A stretch of DNA of 64,000 nt, taken from contig OZ244999.1 of the NCBI GenBank assembly GCA_965223265.1, positions 3,904,001 through 3,968,000 on the forward strand, written 5' to 3'. Below, piece after piece: positions 47,975 to 56,532 of the stretch. Position 1 is the first letter of the stretch; every line of letters starts with the position of its first letter. Source of the stretch: Planctomycetota bacterium. GTDB lineage: Bacteria; Planctomycetota; UBA8108; SXIK01. The notes under the pieces were generated by a model. The model had not been told where the DNA came from and did not search any database. It saw only the letters and a program-made list of their open reading frames with translations. The translations under genes and the position numbers were made by a program.

Positions 47975-49093
47975 TCAGGTCAACACGGATTCGTGCAGCG
48001 CGGCGATCGCGGCCGCCGCTCTCGACCATGTGAACCCAAGCGCACGCTCGCGACCGGCTCGAACCCGCGCCTCGACCGCCCCGCCACCGCTGAGAATCTC
48101 GCGCAGATGCGACTCAAGGCACCTCGAGTCGTCGGGCTCAGCGATCCACGCCGACGTTCCAGCCGTTTCCGCCAGTGCTCCGCGACGAGCGACGAGAACC
48201 GGCGTGCCGACCGACTGCGCTTCCAAAACGGTCAGTCCGAATCCTTCGTAGTGTGATAGCTGCAGGACGCACTCCGCTTGTGCCATAGCCGCCCAAAGCT
48301 CTCCGCGAGGTAGATAGCCCGCGACAACGACACGCGGTGAAGAGGACGCGGCCCGCTGCGTTGCGCTCCCCTCCCAGCCAAAGTCCGGCGCCCCGGCTAA
48401 GACAAGACGAAGCTGTGGCCAATCCGCCGCGACGCTGTGAAACGTAGCGATGACGGTGTCGAGATTCTTCCGCGGACAAAGCGCGCCTGCCGCCATGATA
48501 AAGGGCGGACGTATACCTCGCGCGGAGAGCGCGTTGAGAAGTTCGCTTCGGATGAGATCCGCGTCCGCGGGCACGTCGAGACCCGGAGGAATGACTTCAA
48601 CTCGACTCGCTGAGCCGAATCGTTCCAACACGGCCTGGCGAATCGTTTCAGCGAGCGTCACGATGACATCGGCGCGACCGACGATCTGTTCGTACGCGGC
48701 CGCCTTACGACGCCGAAAACGTGAAGGCGAGAGATCGCGCTGCGAGGCAAGCGGCAACAATGAAAGCGTGTCAAAAATGGTCGCTACGAGCGGTCCGCTG
48801 TAGCGCGCGGGCAATCGTGTGTCGAGAAGATGAAGCAGCCGCACGTTGGACGCCAAACGGTAGCCAGAGCCGTACGCGCCCAAGCTCAAGCCTGGCAGTC
48901 GCCGTTTCAAAATCGTTCGACGACGCCAACGTCCGACAGGGTGAAGCAGTCGCACATCCTCCGTCGCATCATCGCCAGACGTCGTTCGATGCTGCATGTA
49001 GCCCCGGATCAGACCGAGACCGTATCGTGCGATGCCCGAAGGCTGGTCGCACATAAGACCGGAGACTTCGAATGCGATGGGTCGCACGAACAC
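47975..49093 (-). CDS. GT4 glycosyltransferase
   Basis: SGIARY, PRKN, EGFGL.VLEA...G.PV. Confidence 0.9.
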   Translation of the reverse strand: MFVRPIAFEVSGLMCDQPSGIARYGLGLIRGYMQHRTTSGDDATEDVRLLHPVGRWRRRTILKRRLPGLSLGAYGSGYRLASNVRLLHLLDTRLPARYSGPLVATIFDTLSLLPLASQRDLSPSRFRRRKAAAYEQIVGRADVIVTLAETIRQAVLERFGSASRVEVIPPGLDVPADADLIRSELLNALSARGIRPPFIMAAGALCPRKNLDTVIATFHSVAADWPQLRLVLAGAPDFGWEGSATQRAASSSPRVVVAGYLPRGELWAAMAQAECVLQLSHYEGFGLTVLEAQSVGTPVLVARRGALAETAGTSAWIAEPDDSRCLESHLREILSGGGAVEARVRAGRERALGFTWSRAAAAIAALHESVLT

Positions 49094-49118
49094 CTCTCAC
49101 GCGCACAACGATGAAGAG

Positions 49119-50159
49119 TCAGTGGCTCGACACTTGATGCGGATCCGAGGCGCTATTTGCTCCCTCGCCTCGAGCATCGCCGTCTGAGTCAGCGATCTTC
49201 ACCGCTTCGCGCACAGAAGTTCGCCTACGGAGATAGAGAAGACAACCAATCCCAGCCCAGGCGAAATATACGACACGCAGCACAACGAGCACCAAGCCGC
49301 CGCGTGACATTCCGCACCGTGCAAACAGGTAGTCGCAGGCCGCTTCGCCCGTGCCAATGGCCCCAGGAGTGATCGGCACCGCCATCGCCACGTTGGCCAA
49401 AGGCACGACGACAAAGAACGACGCGATCGGCAGCTCACCAGGAATGAGCGCTGCAGCGGCGCAGTACATCGCGAGGATGACGCAGACGTGCAGCATGGCC
49501 GTAAGGACGAAGGCGCCCCCAAGAATCCGCGGGTGTTGGCGGTACACAAGCAGCGCCTCGCGAAACTTCAGGAGGAGATCGCGCCCCGGAAGGCGCGCTC
49601 CCCAGCCGCGGCGCTCGAGGAACGATTGGACGCGACGGGAATAAAAGAGCGCGCCACCCACGACCCCACACGCTAGCAGCCCGGCCGTAGCCGCTACAAA
49701 CGCCCTGATCGGCGAACCTGGGCCGACGGCATTCCAGTTGTACGCACCCGCAATCACCGCGATCACGAGCAACACGCCGAGTCCGAACGCACGGTCAAAA
49801 ATCACAGAGATCACCGCGGCACTGCGTCGCGTGGGATTCTCCATCGCCACGACATATGCCTTCACCGTGTCACCGCCGACGATGCCAAGCATCACTTGAC
49901 TGAAAAAAAATCCGATCAGCGTCAGTACATAGGACTCTGAAAACGAGTAGCGGATTCCCTGCGCCCGAAGAAAGAGTTGCCATCGCCACGCCGCGGCGAC
50001 CAAAACGACGCCAACCAGCGCGCAGCTCGCCACCACCCACTGCCACCTCTCTCGAATCGAGAGGATCCTCGAGAATTCGAGTCGACCAGAGGAGACAAGC
50101 CAAGTCACCAGAAGCGCTGCAAGAATCAGCTTCGCGGCGGGAATTATGTAACGTTTCAC
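49119..50159 (-). CDS. UPF0104 / lysylphosphatidylglycerol synthase TM-domain (flippase-like) protein
   Basis: RW..L, GGD..K, DR..G, P.TPG..G..E; multi-TM. Confidence 0.85.
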   Translation of the reverse strand: MKRYIIPAAKLILAALLVTWLVSSGRLEFSRILSIRERWQWVVASCALVGVVLVAAAWRWQLFLRAQGIRYSFSESYVLTLIGFFFSQVMLGIVGGDTVKAYVVAMENPTRRSAAVISVIFDRAFGLGVLLVIAVIAGAYNWNAVGPGSPIRAFVAATAGLLACGVVGGALFYSRRVQSFLERRGWGARLPGRDLLLKFREALLVYRQHPRILGGAFVLTAMLHVCVILAMYCAAAALIPGELPIASFFVVVPLANVAMAVPITPGAIGTGEAACDYLFARCGMSRGGLVLVVLRVVYFAWAGIGCLLYLRRRTSVREAVKIADSDGDARGEGANSASDPHQVSSH

Positions 50160-50220
50160 CCATCCATCCGGTCTGAAGGCCTGGTTGGCGCGGCCGCGTG
50201 ATTCGAGACGAAGTGTTAGG

Positions 50221-50922
50221 CTAGCCTTCGTTTATCGTCTCGGAAGCTGAGAACTTTTCATTGTAGTACTGTTGCCATCGCTCAATCTCGGCCGGCCCAT
50301 AATTCCTGCCGCTGAACGATTTCACCCCGCCATGGATTTTCAGGAGCATGGCATCGTAACGCTCGGTGTCATCGATCAACATCTCGAGAAGCACCTTCAG
50401 CGCAGCGTCAGGGCCGAGCGCGATGAGCGCGCTCACAATCTCGGTTTGCACCTCGGGTCTCTGCTCACGGCGCAGCTGCGCGATCACGGCCTCAGCGGCG
50501 AGTGGTGACGGGTTGCGCGCAAGCGCCTGAGCGGCGGTGAGACGTACCCACCAATGAGGCGAGCTGAGAGATTCTACGTAGAGGGGTGCCACTTGCGGCC
50601 TATGCAGTCGGCCCAGGGCCAGGAGCGCCTGCGCCTGAATATGGGGATTCTCGTCCTTTTGGACGATCTCCTGCAGAAACGCAACCGCCGCTTCGGCGCC
50701 CGCGTCATACGGGATGCCGGCTGCTTCGAGCGATTCGAGACGCTCGCCAATCGCGGCGATCGCCTCACGCATGTCCGCTGGATCCCCCCCTTCCGCTTCG
50801 ACGAGAAGATCAACGAGCGTTGCTTCGCAGCCGACCACTGAAGCGGCGACGCAAACCCACAGCGCGACGGTCCACGGAGGCATCGCGCCGAGAGTTCGAC
50901 GGATCAAGATTCGATAACGCAT
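50221..50922 (-). CDS. HEAT-repeat lipoprotein
   Basis: VVGC lipobox; VR..AA.AL HEAT repeats; start uncertain. Confidence 0.75.
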   Translation of the reverse strand: MRYRILIRRTLGAMPPWTVALWVCVAASVVGCEATLVDLLVEAEGGDPADMREAIAAIGERLESLEAAGIPYDAGAEAAVAFLQEIVQKDENPHIQAQALLALGRLHRPQVAPLYVESLSSPHWWVRLTAAQALARNPSPLAAEAVIAQLRREQRPEVQTEIVSALIALGPDAALKVLLEMLIDDTERYDAMLLKIHGGVKSFSGRNYGPAEIERWQQYYNEKFSASETINEG

Positions 50923-50978
50923 TGCAAAGCTTTCAGAAGTAACGCGGTGCACCGGGCGGTAACCGGCGCCCGTGTCGT

Positions 50979-51755
50979 TCAAGTCGACGGCTGCGCCAGC
51001 CAAAAGAGTTGAACTCCGAGAAATGCCGTCATGCCGACAATCAGAACGAACGCAGGAATCATTTCCACCAAGAGCGCTTTAGTGAGTTCCATACCGTGAG
51101 TCCGAGCCAGGCCGATCGATTCTATCCAGACGCCTGCCGTTAGAAAGAGCAACTCACCAAAAACCGGCACCGCCAGTAGCGGCGCGAGGCTGGCGCTCGT
51201 GTAGGCGACGACGCGATAGCTCACCTCGAAACGCTCCTTCGCCGCGCTCTGAAACAGCGCTGAGAGATGGATGACCTGAGCTCGCACGTAGACGTAGGCG
51301 GCAGGTGCGACCAGCACGACAGCAGCGAGCGTCGCTCCGCGCATCGGGGTGGGACGATCAGCCCAGCCGCCGAGAAGAGCCTTTGCCGCGAGGGAGAGTC
51401 CCCCACTCACAAAAACAAACGCTGTGGCAAGCGCGAACCCGCCGCGACGCCGAAAGCACAAAAAGCTGCGCTCCGGGGCCGTCACGATCGCCTTTGCAGT
51501 CTCCAGAGTCCCGGCAACCGAAGCCGCCACCAGCCGCAAAAGCAGGACGACGTTTGCCCCACCACCGCCGCGTCTCGAGTGACGCTGCAGAACATCGTGA
51601 ATTCGCCGCTCAAGAGCTGGCTCTGCCCAGTCACGCTGTGGAGGCAGAAGAACTGCCCCGCAGCTGCCGCACGCCGCTTCGCCCACTTGATTCGTGGCAC
51701 CGCAAAGAGCGCACTCGGTCGTTGCCGCGCTGTCACCCGCACGTTGTGGACTCAT
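50979..51755 (-). CDS. Zinc-ribbon + Yip1-like membrane protein
   Basis: CALC...CGSCG N-terminus; P...F, F..SYRVVAY, VP..G; several TMs. Confidence 0.7.
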   Translation of the reverse strand: MSPQRAGDSAATTECALCGATNQVGEAACGSCGAVLLPPQRDWAEPALERRIHDVLQRHSRRGGGGANVVLLLRLVAASVAGTLETAKAIVTAPERSFLCFRRRGGFALATAFVFVSGGLSLAAKALLGGWADRPTPMRGATLAAVVLVAPAAYVYVRAQVIHLSALFQSAAKERFEVSYRVVAYTSASLAPLLAVPVFGELLFLTAGVWIESIGLARTHGMELTKALLVEMIPAFVLIVGMTAFLGVQLFWLAQPST

Positions 51756-52189
51756 AGGCGGAATGATAACGCCCCGCGTTGAATTCTTCGAACCCGGGTT
51801 ACGTCCGTCGCGGCCGACGAACTCGTTCGGCTGGAAAAACTGTGCTTCGAAGCCCTCGGGCGGGACTCAAGTCCCGACTGTGCGGTCGCTCCCAGCCCGG
51901 CTCGAAAGGGCCAGACTCGAGCCCGGCAGCCGGTTCGAAGCTTCGCTTTTTCAGTTCAGCTACGGCGAACGCTAGGAAATCTCCGCGATTCTCGAGGCTC
52001 GCCGCGGCCGAATCTGGGCGGGAAGAGGCACCGGCTTGTCAGCCGAGTGAACCTCTCGGTGCACCGCTGGGAAAAATGCTCGGGGCGATAAAGATTCTTC
52101 CTTCCTGCGCCGATAACTGGAACTGGCGTACTCCGTTCGGCGTCACCCACAGCCGTGGACCACTTTCTCCTCTCACCGAGTTTCTTTCT

Positions 52190-53494
52190 ATGAACTTCCC
52201 AGCCAACTCCGGACGCCCAAGCCCCTGGGCATTGCCCCTCCCGCCGACAGCCCGCTCTCAGGCGACGATTCGCAACGCGATCCTTCTGGCACTCGTTCCA
52301 GCACTGCTCGCGACAGTTGTGTCCTCCACAAGCGTCGCTGGCGAGTCACGGACTGCTGGCTTCGGCGTCCGCGCGATCTGGGTAACCCGCTGGGATTATC
52401 AGACCGAACGCGATGTTCGCGGCGCAATTCGAGCCGCCGCAGCGCTCGGCCTCAACCGAGTGCTCTTCCAAGTCCGAGGCCGCGCCGATGCGTTCTACCC
52501 ATCGCAAGTTGAACCATGGGGCGAAGAGATCGGTGGACGACATCCAGGTTTCGACCCTCTGCAAGTTGCGATTGAAGAAGCCGCAGCGACCGGCATCGAA
52601 CTAGACGCCTGGCTCAACGTACTTCCCGCCTGGAAAGGATCCAAACCGCCAAAGAATCGCCAACATGTTTACTACACACACCCGGAGTGGTTTCTCGTGG
52701 ATCGCAGCGGTCGCCGCTTGCTCCTAGATGCCGACAAGTACACTGTGCTGAATCCGTGCCTTCCACAGGTACGGAACTACCTCGTTCGCATCGTCGAAGA
52801 CATTGCGTCACGATACCGTTTCGACGGACTTCACCTCGACTACGTACGCTTCGTGGGTCGCAAGCCGGGAACGCGACACGACTTCCCCTACGATGCCAAC
52901 ACGCTTCGATTGTTCGAAAACTACTCCGGTGGTCTCCCCTCGACGCAGCCAGCAGAGTGGAACGAGTGGCGTCGACGGAGCGTGAACACGGTGATCTACC
53001 GGCTGTCAAACGCCTATCGCGCGCTCCAGCCACATGGACGCGTCTCGGTCGCGGCGATCAAGGATTACGCCCGAGCTCGCGAGAACTTCTTTCAAGATGT
53101 CGTCACCTGGCAGCGCCGCGGCTGGGTCGACGAGGTATTCCCGATGACCTACGACAAGACGACCTCAGGCTTCACCACCTTCGCGTCGCGTGCACTCAGC
53201 GTCCCGCAGCGTGACAACGTCTACCCAGGTGTCGGTGTATACCTTCACGACAACGCGAGGCAGCTGGCGGCGCAACTGCAGCAATTGGAGCGTATGAACG
53301 CCAAGGGCTATGCGCTCTTTGCTCTGAGCAACTTCTATCCAACTCCGTCGCACGAATCGCGAAGCGACGAACGTTCACGCGCGCTACGAGCGTCGATGCG
53401 ACGTGCAGTCGCCAACCTGAACGCTACAGGCTCAGGACCGACAACCACGAGCATCAGAGCCTCCCAACGCCCCAGGTACGCAGAAGGCAAGTAG
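52190..53494 (+). CDS. Glycoside hydrolase-like GHL10 (DUF187/YddW-like) exported protein
   Basis: RAIWV, FQVR..ADAFYPS, FDPL, LNP..P.VR, DGLHLDY.R, PMTY. Confidence 0.87.
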   Translation: MNFPANSGRPSPWALPLPPTARSQATIRNAILLALVPALLATVVSSTSVAGESRTAGFGVRAIWVTRWDYQTERDVRGAIRAAAALGLNRVLFQVRGRADAFYPSQVEPWGEEIGGRHPGFDPLQVAIEEAAATGIELDAWLNVLPAWKGSKPPKNRQHVYYTHPEWFLVDRSGRRLLLDADKYTVLNPCLPQVRNYLVRIVEDIASRYRFDGLHLDYVRFVGRKPGTRHDFPYDANTLRLFENYSGGLPSTQPAEWNEWRRRSVNTVIYRLSNAYRALQPHGRVSVAAIKDYARARENFFQDVVTWQRRGWVDEVFPMTYDKTTSGFTTFASRALSVPQRDNVYPGVGVYLHDNARQLAAQLQQLERMNAKGYALFALSNFYPTPSHESRSDERSRALRASMRRAVANLNATGSGPTTTSIRASQRPRYAEGK

Positions 53495-53529
53495 CCACGA
53501 TCGGTCGCCGAGCACATGACGTGACAGTG

Positions 53530-54513
53530 CTATCTCTGCCCCGCTCTTTCCTCGGGAAGCGGTTCAGACTCAACGTCATGCTCTTCCTCGGTCGGTAGAG
53601 GACACACAGCATCCGCCTCGCTTGCGCTCAACCAGCGCAAGTTACTGAGTGTCTCCTCCAAGACGACGGGATCGTTGCCTCCGATCTCGGGACGAAACGG
53701 GTCCCGTTGCCTTCGTTCGGCCTGACTTCTGACCCTTGTATGAACACGGCGCATTGCGATGTGGAAACCGTCCTGGACGACGTAGTCGTCATACCGCACG
53801 CGATGAACACTGCCGACGACGAACGGGTGGGATCCTGAGTAGACGACTTCGTGAAGCAAGCCTGACGCCTCATTCTCGATCAACAAGTACGGGCCGAACG
53901 GCAACGATCGCTCCACCGGCTCGAGCTCAACCCGTGGAACTGTGGTCACGTGCCAAGGTGCCATCAAGCTACGAAACGTCCAGCGACCGAACGACGAGAG
54001 GAGACCAGGCTCGAGGAGGAAGCGAATCGAGCGAAGTGCGAAGTCAAAGTCCGCGGGCGTCGCATGAGACGAGGAAGCTACGGGAGTCGCGAACACCTCG
54101 CCATGGAGAGTTCGTGACGACGGCCGAAGCTGCGAAGAGCGAGTCGCACGCGTGTGGTGTGCGTCCGAGTCGGCCTCTTCGGCCGGCCCAGCAAGCAAGG
54201 AGGCCTCTGGGTCACCTGCAAACCAGACGTGCTCAAAGTCATCGAACCGGAAAGCTAGGTCGCGTCGAAAGACGTTCCCCTTGGCGTCAGCGGCGGTGTA
54301 CGTGAACTGAACGCCTGCGAAACGTCGGAACCTCTCAGCACCACCGTGCACGTGGCGCAGGCGGGTCATGAGAGCTCCGCTTTGTGTCGTCTTGAAATCG
54401 ATTTTCGACGCCGTCGCAAACGAACACGCCGCCACAAGCGTCGACAGCGCCAACATGACCGACAGACGCCGGACGAGTGCTACGAGAATCGCCACCAGGA
54501 CCTCCTTTGGCAC
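53530..54513 (-). CDS. Hypothetical exported/lipoprotein
   Basis: 327-aa ORF, VAAC lipobox-like, HGG...F motif. Confidence 0.6.
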   Translation of the reverse strand: MPKEVLVAILVALVRRLSVMLALSTLVAACSFATASKIDFKTTQSGALMTRLRHVHGGAERFRRFAGVQFTYTAADAKGNVFRRDLAFRFDDFEHVWFAGDPEASLLAGPAEEADSDAHHTRATRSSQLRPSSRTLHGEVFATPVASSSHATPADFDFALRSIRFLLEPGLLSSFGRWTFRSLMAPWHVTTVPRVELEPVERSLPFGPYLLIENEASGLLHEVVYSGSHPFVVGSVHRVRYDDYVVQDGFHIAMRRVHTRVRSQAERRQRDPFRPEIGGNDPVVLEETLSNLRWLSASEADAVCPLPTEEEHDVESEPLPEERAGQR

Positions 54514-54802
54514 TACAGGATTATCGGCTCACGTGTTAAGGCTCGCTCCTCAACTCTTTTCGGCATGCTGCGCCTCTCGGCTCACCCCCGTGGCGCCCAA
54601 AAAAATCGCTGCGACCGACCGACACAGGCGCCTGCAAAGAATCCACATCTTAGCAGCTCTGCCAGGTTGAGCTTTGGCCAGCGTAGTTATAGACTCGCGC
54701 TAGCCCGCGCCTCATGAGTTTCGTCGCGCGACGTGCTGCGTAGGCACGTGCGCCGATGCCGTCGCCCAGACACAGCATGAGAGAGACACGGCCGCTGCGC
54801 CC

Positions 54803-55378
54803 ATGAGTCTTCGCCCGCAACTTCGCTGCACTCTCCTGCTCGTTTGCGCGCTTGTCGTTTCTTGTCGCGCTCCAGCACTTCAGGTAACCGGTGACCCGGA
54901 AGCAGATCTCGCAAACTCTGACCCTCGTGTCCGCATTGCAGCAGCGCTGCAAGTCGTCGAGGAGGGGCGCCGCGACCTCGCCTATCGCCTGGTCGAGAAC
55001 CTCTCCGATCGCGACGAGGCTGTACGCTTCTATACGTCGATCGCGGTACGAAAGGTGACAGGAATGGATTTCGGCTTCAAAGCATACGACGACATCGCGG
55101 AGAGAGCTCGAGCCATTCAGCGGTGGCAGGAGTGGCTGGAGTCCATTGGACAGGCCCAGGACGAGCCGGCTCTCCCACCTGAAGAGCCACGCGGCGAATC
55201 TTATCGAATCGATGACGGACAGCGGTCGGAACCGGCACCAACAAATCCTGTCGACCATGCTCGCGCACCGCACAGACGCGAGAGCGCGTCGTCGTATCGA
55301 CACCGGCGTGTTCCGCCTCGCGTCTCGGTCGTCAGTCAATCGAGGCTGCAATGCGGCAGGCGCCACTCCTCCGGCTGA
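54803..55378 (+). CDS. HEAT-repeat lipoprotein
   Basis: VVSC lipobox; DP.VRI.AA, L.D.DEAVR, TG..FG...W..W. Confidence 0.75.
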   Translation: MSLRPQLRCTLLLVCALVVSCRAPALQVTGDPEADLANSDPRVRIAAALQVVEEGRRDLAYRLVENLSDRDEAVRFYTSIAVRKVTGMDFGFKAYDDIAERARAIQRWQEWLESIGQAQDEPALPPEEPRGESYRIDDGQRSEPAPTNPVDHARAPHRRESASSYRHRRVPPRVSVVSQSRLQCGRRHSSG

Positions 55379-55393
55379 GGATTTACGTAACAG

Positions 55394-56518
55394 ATGCGAA
55401 GTCGAAGGTTCTTGATTCTGGTCGCTGCGGTCGCCGTGCTCGCTTGCGTCGCTTTTGCGCTCAAGGGCGCTCTTGCGTCTCTGCTGCAGCGCGAAACGAT
55501 CGTCGATGTAGAGTTTCGCGACGCACGTGGTTTGCGCGCGGGCGATCCCGTACTCCTCCTTGGAGTCGACGTCGGCCGCGTCAGGAGTGTAGAGATCGCT
55601 CCGCACACCTCCGTGGCAGAGCCTCGCGTACGGGTCAAGATATCCCTGCCCAATGCCTTAACGGAGCACCTTCGCGTCGACTCGCAGGTGACGATTGCGG
55701 AGACAGCCCGCGACCCTGTCTGCGTCCTCATTCAGGGCGGTCGGGGACCGCGATTCTCGGGTGACAAGGCGATCGTCGGTAGCCACAACGGCGACTTAAA
55801 CGACCTGACCGCTAGACTAGATGGCGTCGCCGCCAACGCAGAACGGATCTCCGGAGCGGTCAGCAGAATACTCGAGGACCTCGAGACCAATGCAGACATC
55901 GCGCTGGCGGTGAGTGAGCTCGCCGCGTTCCCCAAAACCGTCCGCGAGGATCTCATCCCGGTCCGGGAGCAACTCGAGGATGTGCTGTCGACCGTCAAGG
56001 CGGTTGTCGAGGAGAACCGGATCGACCTGCGCCACACTTTGACAAGCTTGCGCGAGACAACAGAAAAGACAAGGTCCTTCGCCGACAAGCTTCTTGTGAC
56101 CCCCGAGATGCTCGAGCAAACGCTCCTGGACCTTCGAAACGTGGCCAACAAGGCACACGATGTTCTCAGCGAGAGCCGCCCCGAAGTGAAGATGATCCTG
56201 AGCGACCTGCGGGAAACGTCGACGAACACTGCGACTTTGACGGCAGAAATCAGACGAAGACCATGGCGGATTCTCTATCGTCCATCAGAGGACGAACTCA
56301 AATCGACCGATCTCTATGATTCGGCGTGGGCGTTCAACCTCGGGGCGACAGAGCTCAACCGCAGCTTGCAGGAGTTGATCGGACACCTGAACGCGCAGCC
56401 CAGTGATCAAAGCGACGCCGAGCTCGAGCTCGCCTACGAAAAAGTGCGTGCAGCGCTGCAGCGCCAGAAAGAGGCAGAAGAGGTGTTTTGGGCGCGACTA
56501 CGTGACCGCAGCCGTTGA
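55394..56518 (+). CDS. MCE/MlaD-domain protein with long helical extension
   Basis: TM; F.DA.GL..GDPV...GV.VG.V..V; helical repeats; RRPW..L near the C-terminus. Confidence 0.85.
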   Translation: MRSRRFLILVAAVAVLACVAFALKGALASLLQRETIVDVEFRDARGLRAGDPVLLLGVDVGRVRSVEIAPHTSVAEPRVRVKISLPNALTEHLRVDSQVTIAETARDPVCVLIQGGRGPRFSGDKAIVGSHNGDLNDLTARLDGVAANAERISGAVSRILEDLETNADIALAVSELAAFPKTVREDLIPVREQLEDVLSTVKAVVEENRIDLRHTLTSLRETTEKTRSFADKLLVTPEMLEQTLLDLRNVANKAHDVLSESRPEVKMILSDLRETSTNTATLTAEIRRRPWRILYRPSEDELKSTDLYDSAWAFNLGATELNRSLQELIGHLNAQPSDQSDAELELAYEKVRAALQRQKEAEEVFWARLRDRSR

Positions 56519-56532
56519 CATCAGCTCGACGT

